From positions 1 to 41,250 of the forward strand of contig JAJYIA010000002.1 in assembly GCA_021796295.1 (NCBI GenBank): a DNA stretch of 41,250 nt, written 5' to 3'. Source of the DNA: Candidatus Micrarchaeota archaeon. Lineage in GTDB: Archaea > Micrarchaeota > Micrarchaeia > Micrarchaeales > CABMGC01. The notes below the pieces were generated by a model that was not told the DNA's origin, ran no database searches, and worked only from the letters and a program-made list of their open reading frames with translations. Both the position numbers and the translations under genes were made by a program. Positions 9,683 to 18,339 of the stretch are shown one piece after another (positions within the stretch are counted from its first letter, which is position 1; each line of letters starts with the position of its first letter).

Positions 9683-10348
9683 ATGGCATCTGCTAAGATG
9701 AGCATAAACGGCAATGATTACGTAGGTGCATTTGCCGTTGCAACCGATTCCTATGCGCTCATTGCCGAGAGAATTGGCGCCAGATACGAACACGTTATAG
9801 AAGAGGTGCTGCGGAAAAAGATAGCAAGGGTCAGCATAAACGGCTCTGATCTTATAGGCATATATGTTGCTGCGAATTCACACGCGCTGCTGCTGCCGGA
9901 GCTTGCCTACAGAAACGAGGCTGATCTTGCAGCCAGGCAGCTTGATGACGTGAATGTCGCAGTGCTCGAGACTGGCCTCAATGCGCTGCGCAACAACATA
10001 CTTGCCAATGATAAAATAGCAATTATAAATCCCATGTACAGCAGCAGCGAGGCAAAGATCATTGGAGATAACATGGGTGTTGAAGTAATAAGAATGGGCA
10101 TAGGCGGCTTCAGCACAGTAGGCGCAAACAATATTCTCACAAACAAAGGCATGGTGATGAACAACAGGGTCTCTGGCGAGGAAGAGGAGGCGCTCAGAAA
10201 ACTAGTCAGCTCAGTATCGCAGTCAACGGCGAACATGGGATCGCTCAGCATAGGCCTATGCACAATCGCCAATTCTGAAGGCATAATAGCCGGCAGCTCA
10301 ACCTCCGGATACGAGATAGCGAACATGGAGGACGGGCTTGGGTTATAG
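9683..10348 (+). CDS. eif6: Translation initiation factor aIF-6
   Basis: YVGAFAVATD, GSDLIGIY, NNILAND and IANSEGIIAGSSTSGYE motifs. Confidence 0.95.
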   Translation: MASAKMSINGNDYVGAFAVATDSYALIAERIGARYEHVIEEVLRKKIARVSINGSDLIGIYVAANSHALLLPELAYRNEADLAARQLDDVNVAVLETGLNALRNNILANDKIAIINPMYSSSEAKIIGDNMGVEVIRMGIGGFSTVGANNILTNKGMVMNNRVSGEEEEALRKLVSSVSQSTANMGSLSIGLCTIANSEGIIAGSSTSGYEIANMEDGLGL

Positions 10349-10372
10349 GGCGCCGTTGTTCCGGGAAATGCG

Positions 10373-10438
10373 CTACCTTCTTCTACGGCTTTTTCCGGGC
10401 CTGCCGTAGATCCAGAAGGCGAGTGCTGCTATGAAAAT
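10373..10438 (-). pseudogene. 3' remnant of a membrane-anchored protein gene
   Basis: Minus frame reads IFIAALAFWIYGRPGKSRRRR* (TM end plus basic tail) and is cut off by the adjacent element. Confidence 0.35.
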
Positions 10439-10685
10439 AAAATATCATGTATGGATATGAATATAAGGCATGAGGTTGTCTGGCCGACGTAAAATCCTAA
10501 ATCGCAACTGGCCATGCAAAATCGTCTTCTGAGCACCAACTGTTCTTGTCAGTTTTCCCAAGACGGAGCCATTGTAAACTGGCTCTAACAGAACGTCAGA
10601 TGACAGATGTTCAGATTGTGTGGAACTGTGTTCCATGTTGTTCATCTCGATGAAAGCCCGCAGGCTTTAGCCGCGGGTAGTTTAC
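10439..10685 (+). mobile_element. Non-autonomous IS200/IS605-family element, family A, left end missing
   Basis: Right end AAAG-CCCGCAGGCTTTAGCCGCGGG-TAGTTTAC; ~150 nt of interior is highly similar to 38987-39136 (reverse complement). Confidence 0.85.
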
Positions 10686-11290
10686 TGAAACATATCGTCC
10701 TTCACAAGCACGCTGCCCTTTTTGCTGACATCGAAAATGAGCATGCCCGTGTTTTTGGGCATCAGCCTTAGCGACTTCTTAATAGGCATGGGCTTTAAAA
10801 CAGAATATGAGCACCGTACCACGCCGGCATGCGCGGAGATGAGCACGCACTTCCCGTTCAGTCCTTTGTTCCTCTCAAGCTGGTGCAGGAAGGCGCTTAT
10901 CCTTTTCCTCATTGCGCGCAGGCTTTCCCCGCCTTGCGGCGTAAACGCCTTCTTTGACGCTTGTGCTGAGAAGAACTCTGACCTGGGCCTTCCCTGGAAT
11001 ACCCCATAGCTCTGCTCCCTGAGCTCCTTTGTGTATACGACAGTAGCCCTGTGATACCTTGCTATCTCTTTCGTTGTCTCCCTTGCCCTGCAGAGGTCGC
11101 TTGAAAATATTGCGTCTATTTTCTCATTTTTTAGTTTCAGCGCAAGACGCTTCGCCTGCCGGATTCCCTTTGCGCTCAATGTGCCCTGCATCTGGCCCAT
11201 GATGATATTCCTTGCGTTCTCCTCTGTTTCGCCGTGCCTTATTATTATTAGTCGAATGATACCAGCCCATATTGTTGTGCGCCGACTCAT
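10682..11290 (-). CDS. Histidine phosphatase family protein
   Basis: IIRHGET, SSDLCRARET, LREQSYG, GGESL and SAHAG motifs. Confidence 0.92.
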   Translation of the reverse strand: MSRRTTIWAGIIRLIIIRHGETEENARNIIMGQMQGTLSAKGIRQAKRLALKLKNEKIDAIFSSDLCRARETTKEIARYHRATVVYTKELREQSYGVFQGRPRSEFFSAQASKKAFTPQGGESLRAMRKRISAFLHQLERNKGLNGKCVLISAHAGVVRCSYSVLKPMPIKKSLRLMPKNTGMLIFDVSKKGSVLVKDDMFQ

Positions 11291-12093
11291 GGGACTATAA
11301 CCGCACCCTCAAGGGCGTCGCCGCAGCTGCAGCTGTGCGCCTTCGGAATTTTCAGAATAAGATCCAGTATAAGCCTTTTTGCTGTCTCCATACTCTTTGC
11401 GAAGACCCTGTTGACTTCTGCTGCGCTGACAGGCTTTATATCGCTTCTGCCCTCTATACCTGCATCATAGTCTGTGACTATGCCTATGCCCAGGTAGCAG
11501 ATTCCGCGTTCGCGGGCAAGCATGACCTCAGGATATTGCGTCATGTTTATAACATGGAAACCCTGGCTGCTGAAGAGCCTTGACTCGGCCTTTGTTGAGA
11601 ACCTCGGTCCGTTTATGACTACTACAGTGCCGTTACTGTGATATTTTATGCGCATTGACTTTGCCTCATTCGCTGCAAGGCTCAGGAGCTCGCTGCAGTA
11701 CGGCTCTGCTGCGCTCACATGTGATACGGGTGCACCTTCAAAAAAGCTCTCCTCCCTGCCGTGCGTCATATTTATGAACTGGTCGAAGAAGACGAAATCT
11801 CCTGGCGCATACTCCTCCGTCAGGGAGCCCACGGCGTTGCTTGCTATTATTCTATCAACGCCCAGGCTCCGCAGCGCCTCAATGTTTGCCCTGTAAGGCA
11901 CCTTGTGCGGCGGCAGTATGTGCCTGCTTCCGTGCCTGGGCAGGAAGGCAACGCTCCTGCTGCCTATTTTGCCAAGTGTTACAAGGTCGCTTGGCCTTCC
12001 GTACTCTGTTTCAACATAGAGGCTCTCGCTCTCATCAAAAAGGGAGTAGAAGCCTGAGCCCCCTATTATGCCTATTTCTGCCCTGGCCTTCAT
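11287..12093 (-). CDS. mtnP: S-methyl-5'-thioadenosine phosphorylase
   Basis: IGIIGGSG, LPRHG, YRANIEAL, GPRFSTKAES, INMT and VTDYD motifs. Confidence 0.93.
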   Translation of the reverse strand: MKARAEIGIIGGSGFYSLFDESESLYVETEYGRPSDLVTLGKIGSRSVAFLPRHGSRHILPPHKVPYRANIEALRSLGVDRIIASNAVGSLTEEYAPGDFVFFDQFINMTHGREESFFEGAPVSHVSAAEPYCSELLSLAANEAKSMRIKYHSNGTVVVINGPRFSTKAESRLFSSQGFHVINMTQYPEVMLARERGICYLGIGIVTDYDAGIEGRSDIKPVSAAEVNRVFAKSMETAKRLILDLILKIPKAHSCSCGDALEGAVIVP

Positions 12094-12100
12094 TATAACA

Positions 12101-13510
12101 CTATACATCTAGATAGTAATAGAGCTCTATTGGATGCGGGTATTGCGCCACAGACCTTGACTCCTCGCGCTTGAGCTCTACATATTCATTAATGAATGAT
12201 GCATTGAATACAGGCTTAAGGAAATCGGTATCAGCTTCCAGCGCGTCAAGTGCCTCATCGAGGGACCTTGGAAGCTCATGTATCTTTATCTCCTGCCTCT
12301 TCTCCTTGTTTATATGGTAGATGTTCTCATCCACGTGCTCACTTGGTTCTTTTTTCCTTTTTATGCCGTCTAGTGCGGCCATGAGAAGTGCAGAGAACGC
12401 AAGATAGGGGTTTGTTGACGGGTCTGGAGCCCTGTACTCTATGCGCTTCGCCTTCTCCATGCCTTTGTAATAGGCAGGCACCCTCACTATGGCACTCCTG
12501 TTGGCCCTGCTCCATGCTATATAGACTGGTGCTTCGTAACCCGGTATAAGCCTCCTATAGCTGTTTGTTGTAGGGGAGGTTATTGCCGAAAGCGCCCTTG
12601 CATGCTCAAGTATGCCGCCTATGGCATACCTGCCGGCCTGGCTGATCTCGGCATAGGCATCGTTCCTGTCATACATTACATTGGTCTTGCCGTCCTTGGT
12701 CCAGAGGCTGAAATGCGTATGCATTCCCGTTCCGTTGTCGCCGTACATGGGCTTCGGAATGAATGTTGCGACCATGCCGTGCTTTGCAGCAATGTTCTTA
12801 AGCACGTATTTGAGGGTCTGCACCTTGTCTGCAGTATCCGCAAGCGTTGAAAACGCGAAGTTTATCTCTCCCTGCCCCGCGGTTGCCACCTCGTGGTGCG
12901 TAGCCTCTATCTTCATGCCAAAGTTCTTTGCCAGCGCATCTATGGCTTCTATCCTGATATCCATAAGCTGGTCCACCGGCGGAGCTGGGTAATAGCCCTC
13001 CTTGTACCTTACCATAAAGCCTCCTGTCTTCTGCCACGGTGCCTCCCTTGAGCTTATCTTATAGGAGGTGCCGCTCTGAGGCACAGAGACGTCGAGCTCC
13101 ACCTTGTCGAATATGAAGAACTCAAGCTCAGGGCCAAAGTAGCTCATGTAGCCATGGCTCTGCTGATACTTCTCGGCCTCTTCGGCTATCTGCCTGGGAT
13201 CGCGCTCAAACCTGCCGCGCCCTCCGCCCCAGTGAACCTCTGCGAAGACGCGCGCGATATCAGGAGCCCATGGCAGCGTAGCGAGAGTATTTGGAACAGG
13301 CACAAGAAGCATGTCGCTCTCGTGTATTGAGGTAAAGCCCTTTATGCTGCTGCCGTCAAGCTTGCCGAAGCCGCCGCTGACGTTTTCCTTTGTAAATTCG
13401 CTTGCAGGAAGCGTTATGTGGTGCAGTCTGCCGACGACATCAGTAAACTGCAGGTCTATCCATCTTATGTTATTCTCCTTTACAAACTTAAGCGCTTCGT
13501 CTGCATCCAT
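12101..13510 (-). CDS. glnA: Glutamine synthetase type I
   Basis: [43 protein letters not shown] and RIEYRAPDP motifs; start placed at MDADEA. Confidence 0.97.
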   Translation of the reverse strand: MDADEALKFVKENNIRWIDLQFTDVVGRLHHITLPASEFTKENVSGGFGKLDGSSIKGFTSIHESDMLLVPVPNTLATLPWAPDIARVFAEVHWGGGRGRFERDPRQIAEEAEKYQQSHGYMSYFGPELEFFIFDKVELDVSVPQSGTSYKISSREAPWQKTGGFMVRYKEGYYPAPPVDQLMDIRIEAIDALAKNFGMKIEATHHEVATAGQGEINFAFSTLADTADKVQTLKYVLKNIAAKHGMVATFIPKPMYGDNGTGMHTHFSLWTKDGKTNVMYDRNDAYAEISQAGRYAIGGILEHARALSAITSPTTNSYRRLIPGYEAPVYIAWSRANRSAIVRVPAYYKGMEKAKRIEYRAPDPSTNPYLAFSALLMAALDGIKRKKEPSEHVDENIYHINKEKRQEIKIHELPRSLDEALDALEADTDFLKPVFNASFINEYVELKREESRSVAQYPHPIELYYYLDV

Positions 13511-13594
13511 GCAAAAACCCACATTATAGCCATGCACTCGTAAGATATTAATTCTTTGCTTTTTTGCTTTTTGCAGCGGATCCTGGAAAGGCAT

Positions 13595-13716
13595 GTGCCC
13601 TTCCACGGGCTAAAGCCCGTGGCTTCCCCTAAGGGGGACAAATCCTCGCTATGCTCGGATTTAGCTTCTGGCCATTCATCCCTCAGCTGAAGCTGAGGGC
13701 TTTCTGATCTACAAAT
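13595..13716 (-). mobile_element. 122-bp IS200/IS605-derived miniature element, family B
   Basis: Minus strand: target TTAC, then left end with AAAG and hairpin CCCTCAGC-TTCA-GCTGAGGG; right end GAAG-CCACGGGC-TTTA-GCCCGTGG-AAGGGCAC. Confidence 0.8.
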
Positions 13717-13766
13717 GTAAAATATTTTCAAACTGGCTGGCGGTTGGCGCCATAGAAAGGTCAAAC

Positions 13767-14024
13767 ATGGGCATACTGGGCAACCATGTATTGTCCATAA
13801 CCGTGGCGGCTTCGGTGGTCTCGGGGGCAACGGCATTCAGCATCTTCATAGGCACATCCTCGCTTATAGGCGGACTTTCAAAAAAATTCATACCAGGCAT
13901 AGATGCCACGCTGCTTCTTTCGCTTGTGCTTCTGATCATCGTAGGGGCGCTCTCCTTTGCAAGAGGCAAGGAGAACAGAACGTCACCGCAAGCCGCCCAT
14001 ATCTCTCCGAAAGATTTAAGATAG
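13767..14024 (+). CDS. Small hypothetical membrane protein
   Basis: 85-aa ORF with two hydrophobic segments; may be a remnant. Confidence 0.4.
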   Translation: MGILGNHVLSITVAASVVSGATAFSIFIGTSSLIGGLSKKFIPGIDATLLLSLVLLIIVGALSFARGKENRTSPQAAHISPKDLR

Positions 14025-14056
14025 GGCGCATCGATTAAGATACAAAGGTTGGTAGT

Positions 14057-14575
14057 ATGGCATCTGATCAGATCCTTATGCTTGTGGATACCAGGGATAG
14101 GTTTTTAGGCTATGAAAAAAAGAGAGTATGCCATACGGGCAATGGCAAGCGCCACAGGGCCATACTCATAGCAATATACAATTCAAAAGGTGATGTCCTG
14201 CTTCAGAAGAGAAAGCACGCAATCTTTAATGCAGTATGGGATCTCAGCGGTGCAACGCACCCGCTGCACCTGCCTGAGAAAAATGAATCTTACAGCGAAG
14301 CCGCAAATAGATGCGCGAGGGTTGAATGGGGCATAGAAAGTATAAGGTTCAGGAGGATAGGCGCATTCAATTATTTCAAGCGGGACGGCAGGAACTGCGA
14401 AAACGAGCACTGTGCCATAATGGTTGCAAAGTATAACGGCAGGATAAGAAGCAATTCCAGGGTAGCGTACGGCTTTGCCTGGAAGCCGCTTAGGGAGGTA
14501 AAGAGCGACGCAAGGAGAAATCCCGACAATTATACTATATGGGCGCTGAGGGCCCTACCGAAACTCAGATTATGA
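14057..14575 (+). CDS. idi: Isopentenyl-diphosphate isomerase type 1 (Nudix fold)
   Basis: CHTGNGKRHRA, LLQKRKH, WDLSGATHP, ENEHC and YTIW motifs. Confidence 0.8.
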   Translation: MASDQILMLVDTRDRFLGYEKKRVCHTGNGKRHRAILIAIYNSKGDVLLQKRKHAIFNAVWDLSGATHPLHLPEKNESYSEAANRCARVEWGIESIRFRRIGAFNYFKRDGRNCENEHCAIMVAKYNGRIRSNSRVAYGFAWKPLREVKSDARRNPDNYTIWALRALPKLRL

Positions 14576-14591
14576 ATGCCTTCGAATAGAA

Positions 14592-14704
14592 CGCCGGGGG
14601 CGGGAATCGGACCCGCGAAGGCTTTTGGCCAAACAGCTTAGCAGGCTGCCGCCCTTTCGTGCAGCAAGGACTCTGCCTATACTGTACCACTAGGCGACCC
14701 CGGC
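14592..14704 (-). tRNA. tRNA-Ser(GCT) with a 30-nt D-loop intron (14656-14685)
   Basis: Acceptor GCCGGGG/CCCCGGC, anticodon arm GCAGC-CTGCTAA-GCTGT, long variable arm; removing ACAGTATAGGCAGAGTCCTTGCTGCACGAA restores the D arm GCCTAGTGGTAGGGC. Confidence 0.9.
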
Positions 14705-14789
14705 ATATCATTGCGCAGCAGCCGGCATTGCACAGCAACTACATAGTAGGTTTCCATGCCTCTACTCAGCCCTGTATCTTCGGAGCATA

Positions 14790-15030
14790 GCCCTTTGTAC
14801 GCATTTTCTGGCCAGCATGCACTGCACATATACACCGTTAGACCATAAATACTATATACTTAGGGTTGCTCCTTCCGGCCTGGCCCAGTTCATCTATAGA
14901 ACTACCACCGAAGGCAGAACATCAGCGCTTCGGCATGGTCCTTCCTGTGCAGATGCAGCACGCCACCGGCATTGGCCCGCCTAAAGGGGATTTGCGGTAT
15001 GGGAAACCCCTAGCTTCCCGCCTTGCTGCA
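14790..15030 (-). ncRNA. ffs: Archaeal SRP (7S) RNA, boundaries approximate
   Basis: Helix 8 GGGCCAGGCCGGAAGGAGCAACCC (14863-14886); helix-5 pairing GCGTGCTGCATCTGCAC/GTGCAGTGCATGC; Alu-like 5' region. Confidence 0.8.
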
Positions 15031-15168
15031 GTATCCATGGGACTTGACAAATTAAATATCTTTATGTTTGCTGGAGAGTGGGACAAAAGTACTTCAATCT
15101 TCAAAATAAGTATGGCATCTCAGCCAGTAGGCGCATTGGATACATCAGAAAATATAGAGGTATTTTTA

Positions 15169-15470
15169 CTATGTTAATTCCTCCGACCTAGCGGCAAGAG
15201 CCGCAGGGTCAGAATAATGTTCTCGGTTATTCATTTATCACCATATGTTTATTTAAACCTGCATTACTTTTTATTACCAATCAAACTACTATTCACCATC
15301 CATCGTGGTACGCTGACTTGCGTGTTGTGAGAGAGGTGCGTTAGACTCTACAAAGTTCTCTAAGAAAGACTACCTTCCGAGGTCATATCTGGTGCAACCA
15401 TGTTTAACACCAAGTATAGTTCCTCGTTCAGCAACGCCAGCCCCATCTAACTGGGGTCTTAGTTCTACCT
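15169..15470 (-). mobile_element. Orphan IS110/IS1111-type non-coding right end (candidate bridge/seekRNA), no transposase
   Basis: Shares GAG.CTAACGC.CCTCT.TC.CA.....CAAGTCAG, a terminal GC-rich hairpin and the AACATAGTA end with 37230-37447. Confidence 0.6.
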
Positions 15471-15553
15471 GCATGCAGAAAACGAAAGACAGGTATTAAT
15501 AACTTCTCATAGCATGTAGTAGCATATCAATGCCATTATGGCGTAGTGTTTCG

Positions 15554-15961
15554 ATGGATTATTATGAGCTGCTTGAGAAGGCTTTTGCCGAGATGCCAAA
15601 GCTTTCTGAGGAGAATGTGGACTTTGTAATACCCGAAGTCGACTCACTTGTGCAGGGCAACAAGACAATTGTAAAGAACATAGAGCAGATAGCGGACAGG
15701 GCGCGCAGGGACAAGAGCGAGATTGCAAGGTACCTCACGAGGGAGCTCGCTGCGCCTGTCAACGTAAACAACCAGGCCCTTGATATAGGCGCCAAGATTT
15801 CACAGGCGTCGCTCAATGCTAAGATAAAGAGGTATTTTGAGGTCTACGTCATATGCAAGGAGTGCCACAAGCCTGACACACAGATAGAGGGGCGAGAGAG
15901 AGGCTATGTAAACATAAAATGTGAGGCATGCGGCGCAAGGTACACCGTAAAGAGCTATTAG
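15554..15961 (+). CDS. eif2b: Translation initiation factor aIF-2 beta
   Basis: MDYYELLEKA, GNKTIVKN, YVICKECHKPDT and CEACGA motifs. Confidence 0.95.
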   Translation: MDYYELLEKAFAEMPKLSEENVDFVIPEVDSLVQGNKTIVKNIEQIADRARRDKSEIARYLTRELAAPVNVNNQALDIGAKISQASLNAKIKRYFEVYVICKECHKPDTQIEGRERGYVNIKCEACGARYTVKSY

Positions 15962-16009
15962 TAAACTACCCATGGCTAAAGCCTGCGGGCTTTCTTGTCG
16001 AGAGTTTAA
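15961..16009 (-). mobile_element. 49-bp single-hairpin IS200/IS605 element, family A
   Basis: Minus strand: TCAC|TTAAACTCTCGACAAGAAAGCCCGCAGGCTTTAGCCATGGGTAGTTTAC. Confidence 0.85.
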
Positions 16010-16017
16010 GTGAGGAA

Positions 16018-16323
16018 ATGCGTGGAAGACGAAACCAGGAGCCTGTTGTGCGGTCACTTGTTACGCCTAGGAACGGCGAGGTCATAGGTCTTATTGTAGG
16101 GGCCCTTGGCGCCGCGAACTTCAGGATTATATGCTCAGACAAGAAGGAGAGGACTTGCTCCATACCCGGCAGGCTGAAGAGGAGATTTTGGATCAAGGAG
16201 GGCGACCTTGTCGTAGTAAAGCCTTGGATTGTCCAGGGCGATAGCCGCGGGGACATAGTCTGGAGATACAGCATGATGGACAGAGACCTTCTTAGGCAGA
16301 AGGGCTACGAAATCCCCAAATAG
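16018..16323 (+). CDS. eif1a: Translation initiation factor aIF-1A
   Basis: CSIPGRLKRRFWIKEGDLVVVKPW and RGDIVWRY motifs. Confidence 0.95.
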   Translation: MRGRRNQEPVVRSLVTPRNGEVIGLIVGALGAANFRIICSDKKERTCSIPGRLKRRFWIKEGDLVVVKPWIVQGDSRGDIVWRYSMMDRDLLRQKGYEIPK

Positions 16324-16365
16324 GGGCTCGGCTAGGCTGATCCGCAAACATTTCGAAAAACCGGT

Positions 16366-16689
16366 TTATTTCCTGCGTTTTGCATACTGGTAGTGGCAGA
16401 CCGTCTTCCTGAAATCTCTGCTGAGCTGGGAAACGAAGGATTCAACGCCTTCTGGATTCTTATCTATCCTGCTCTTCACTATGAAGCCGTATTCGCCGCT
16501 CACAAGCATGACCTGCTCCACGCTCTGGTGCTTCATGAGCTCTTCCGCATACCTATTCGCATCAGCGTTCTCCTTCGGCTTCAGAAAAAAGAAGCTGTAC
16601 TGCGCCGCGCTCCTGCTTATTCGTATCCCTGTATTCCCACTCATATTCCCACTTCTTTTCGTATTCGTATTATCTACCTCCATTGCCAT
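16366..16689 (-). CDS. Stand-alone Lrp/AsnC ligand-binding (RAM)-like domain protein
   Basis: SVEQVMLVSGEYGFIVK motif; no HTH. Confidence 0.55.
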   Translation of the reverse strand: MAMEVDNTNTKRSGNMSGNTGIRISRSAAQYSFFFLKPKENADANRYAEELMKHQSVEQVMLVSGEYGFIVKSRIDKNPEGVESFVSQLSRDFRKTVCHYQYAKRRK

Positions 16690-17087
16690 AGGAGCCGATG
16701 CCGAACAAGGACCAGAAATATGCAGGTAGACATTTCATACATGCAGTGCCTTTCCCACCATACCCATATGGCTATACTATGAAGGGCCGCTCTTATTTAT
16801 CTATTCAATAAATCCATGATTCATGAAAAGTTTAGTTTAACGAAAATCCAGTATCTTTATTATGATTCGTATAATCTACCCATAGATACGACTTTGGATA
16901 TTTGAGGAAGCAGTTCTAACGCATAGTTAAAAATATTATGTGTTTGTTTTGTCATATTATTTCATACAGATTTTGTATTCGGAATATTTTTGCGGAATGA
17001 TGCAATTACGCAATTTTGCGCTTGAAATATGGCAAATGACGCATGAAGAGGGAGGTTTTTTATATCTACCCATTCATTTTCAAATAT

Positions 17088-18323
17088 ATGAAAACACTGC
17101 CTGATAATGTAAGGAATACGCTTGACGAGATGCGCAGCAGAAGCAGGCTCTACCTTGAGGTGAAGGTGATAAAGGGGCAGTACTGCCTCTTCGAATCCAG
17201 AGGTGTATACGACAGGGAGAGGCACGGCAGCAGAAAGCAGACGCACTACCTTGGCAGGATAGATGAAAATGGTATTTTTATAGAGGCCAGGCACAGAAGC
17301 CCCGGAATCGCAAAGCGCAGGTATGTTCAGGCCACCAAAACAGAGCGTCTTATTCTGGAACATATGAGTAGCGACTGCAGGGCGCCGCTTGCTGAGATAA
17401 GCAGGCGTGCCGGCCTTCGGAGGAGCTACGTATACAAGAGAGTAAGGGACCTTGAGGCAAGGCTGGGCATAAGGTACATTGCAGAGCTGAACATAGGCAG
17501 ATTCGGCTATTCCTACTACTTCGCATTTGTAAGGGCAAAAAGCCTTATGCACGGAACTGCGCTCAGGGAGGCGCTGGAAAAGGAGCCGCTCATACAGCTT
17601 GCAGCGACCCTGAACGGCAGATACAACCTGCTTGTCTGCTTTCTGGCAAAGAACGAACTTGACGCACATGACTTCATAACAAGGCTGATAAAGTTCAGCG
17701 GGCTGCAGAGATGCGTAGCTGAATGGCATATCACCTATGCGCTCTTCGATTATGGCTTCATACCTCTTCGCGATGAGTTCTTCGAATTGCTAAGGGAGAG
17801 GGTCTGGAACAAGAGCAGAGATAAGCCCAGAAAAGGCGCAGACGACCTTCTTTACAGGGAGTACGTGGTATTGAAAGAACTCAATTCCGACGGAAACGCA
17901 GACTTCGCCGGGATAGACAGGAAGCACAGGCTCGATAAGGGAGCTTCGCAGTATACGTATTACAAGCTAAAAAAGAACGGAACCATAAGGAGAATGAGCA
18001 TTACTATGTCGCAGCTTCCGTTCAGATACGTAGGGCTTTTGCCTCTGCGCATGCTGCACGGGGAGAGGCTGGCTCTATCTGAGGAGAAGCTGGCTGAGGA
18101 GATAAACGGCTATGCGAAGGTGCTTTCTGCGAGATACGTCTTTGCATGCAGAATAGGCGCACCCTACGGAATGCTTCTGGCCCTGCCGGTCTTCGGTGAG
18201 GATGATCTTAGGATAGCCGAGGAAAGGCTCGCCGCAAGGATAAAGGGCGCAAAGACAGGCAGGCCCATGGTTGTTGTGGGCATGCCCGTAGGTTCTCTAT
18301 GCTACAGGATGCCGCTGCATTAG
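17088..18323 (+). CDS. Large Lrp/AsnC-like regulator (two wHTH-RAM units) with a transposase-like N-terminal domain
   Basis: ILEHMSSDCRAPLAEISRRAGL HTH, NGRYNLLV RAM motif, second wHTH at VLKELNSDGNADFAGID; TATA-like TTTATAT ~30 nt upstream of the ATG. Confidence 0.8.
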   Translation: MKTLPDNVRNTLDEMRSRSRLYLEVKVIKGQYCLFESRGVYDRERHGSRKQTHYLGRIDENGIFIEARHRSPGIAKRRYVQATKTERLILEHMSSDCRAPLAEISRRAGLRRSYVYKRVRDLEARLGIRYIAELNIGRFGYSYYFAFVRAKSLMHGTALREALEKEPLIQLAATLNGRYNLLVCFLAKNELDAHDFITRLIKFSGLQRCVAEWHITYALFDYGFIPLRDEFFELLRERVWNKSRDKPRKGADDLLYREYVVLKELNSDGNADFAGIDRKHRLDKGASQYTYYKLKKNGTIRRMSITMSQLPFRYVGLLPLRMLHGERLALSEEKLAEEINGYAKVLSARYVFACRIGAPYGMLLALPVFGEDDLRIAEERLAARIKGAKTGRPMVVVGMPVGSLCYRMPLH

Positions 18324-18339
18324 GCATGCGGCACAGAAC

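Noticed and set aside
10445..10645. Paralogous small ORFs at 10445-10645 and 38955-39236
   Set aside because: Their shared peptide (LEPVYNGSVLGKL...) is only a translation of the repeated element.
13511..13606. N-terminal extension of GlnA
   Set aside because: It starts inside the miniature element and spans the TATA box; similarity begins at MDADEA. The extensions of rpo11, aIF-1A and pepQ are similarly spurious.
14741..14750. ACATAGTAGG matching the IS110 right-end junction at 37440
   Set aside because: Only 10 nt, without the accompanying conserved motifs; may be chance.
14790..15177. ORFs 14866-15177 and 14922-15104, or RNase P RNA
   Set aside because: The SRP helix-8 motif explains the region; RNase P signature motifs were not seen.
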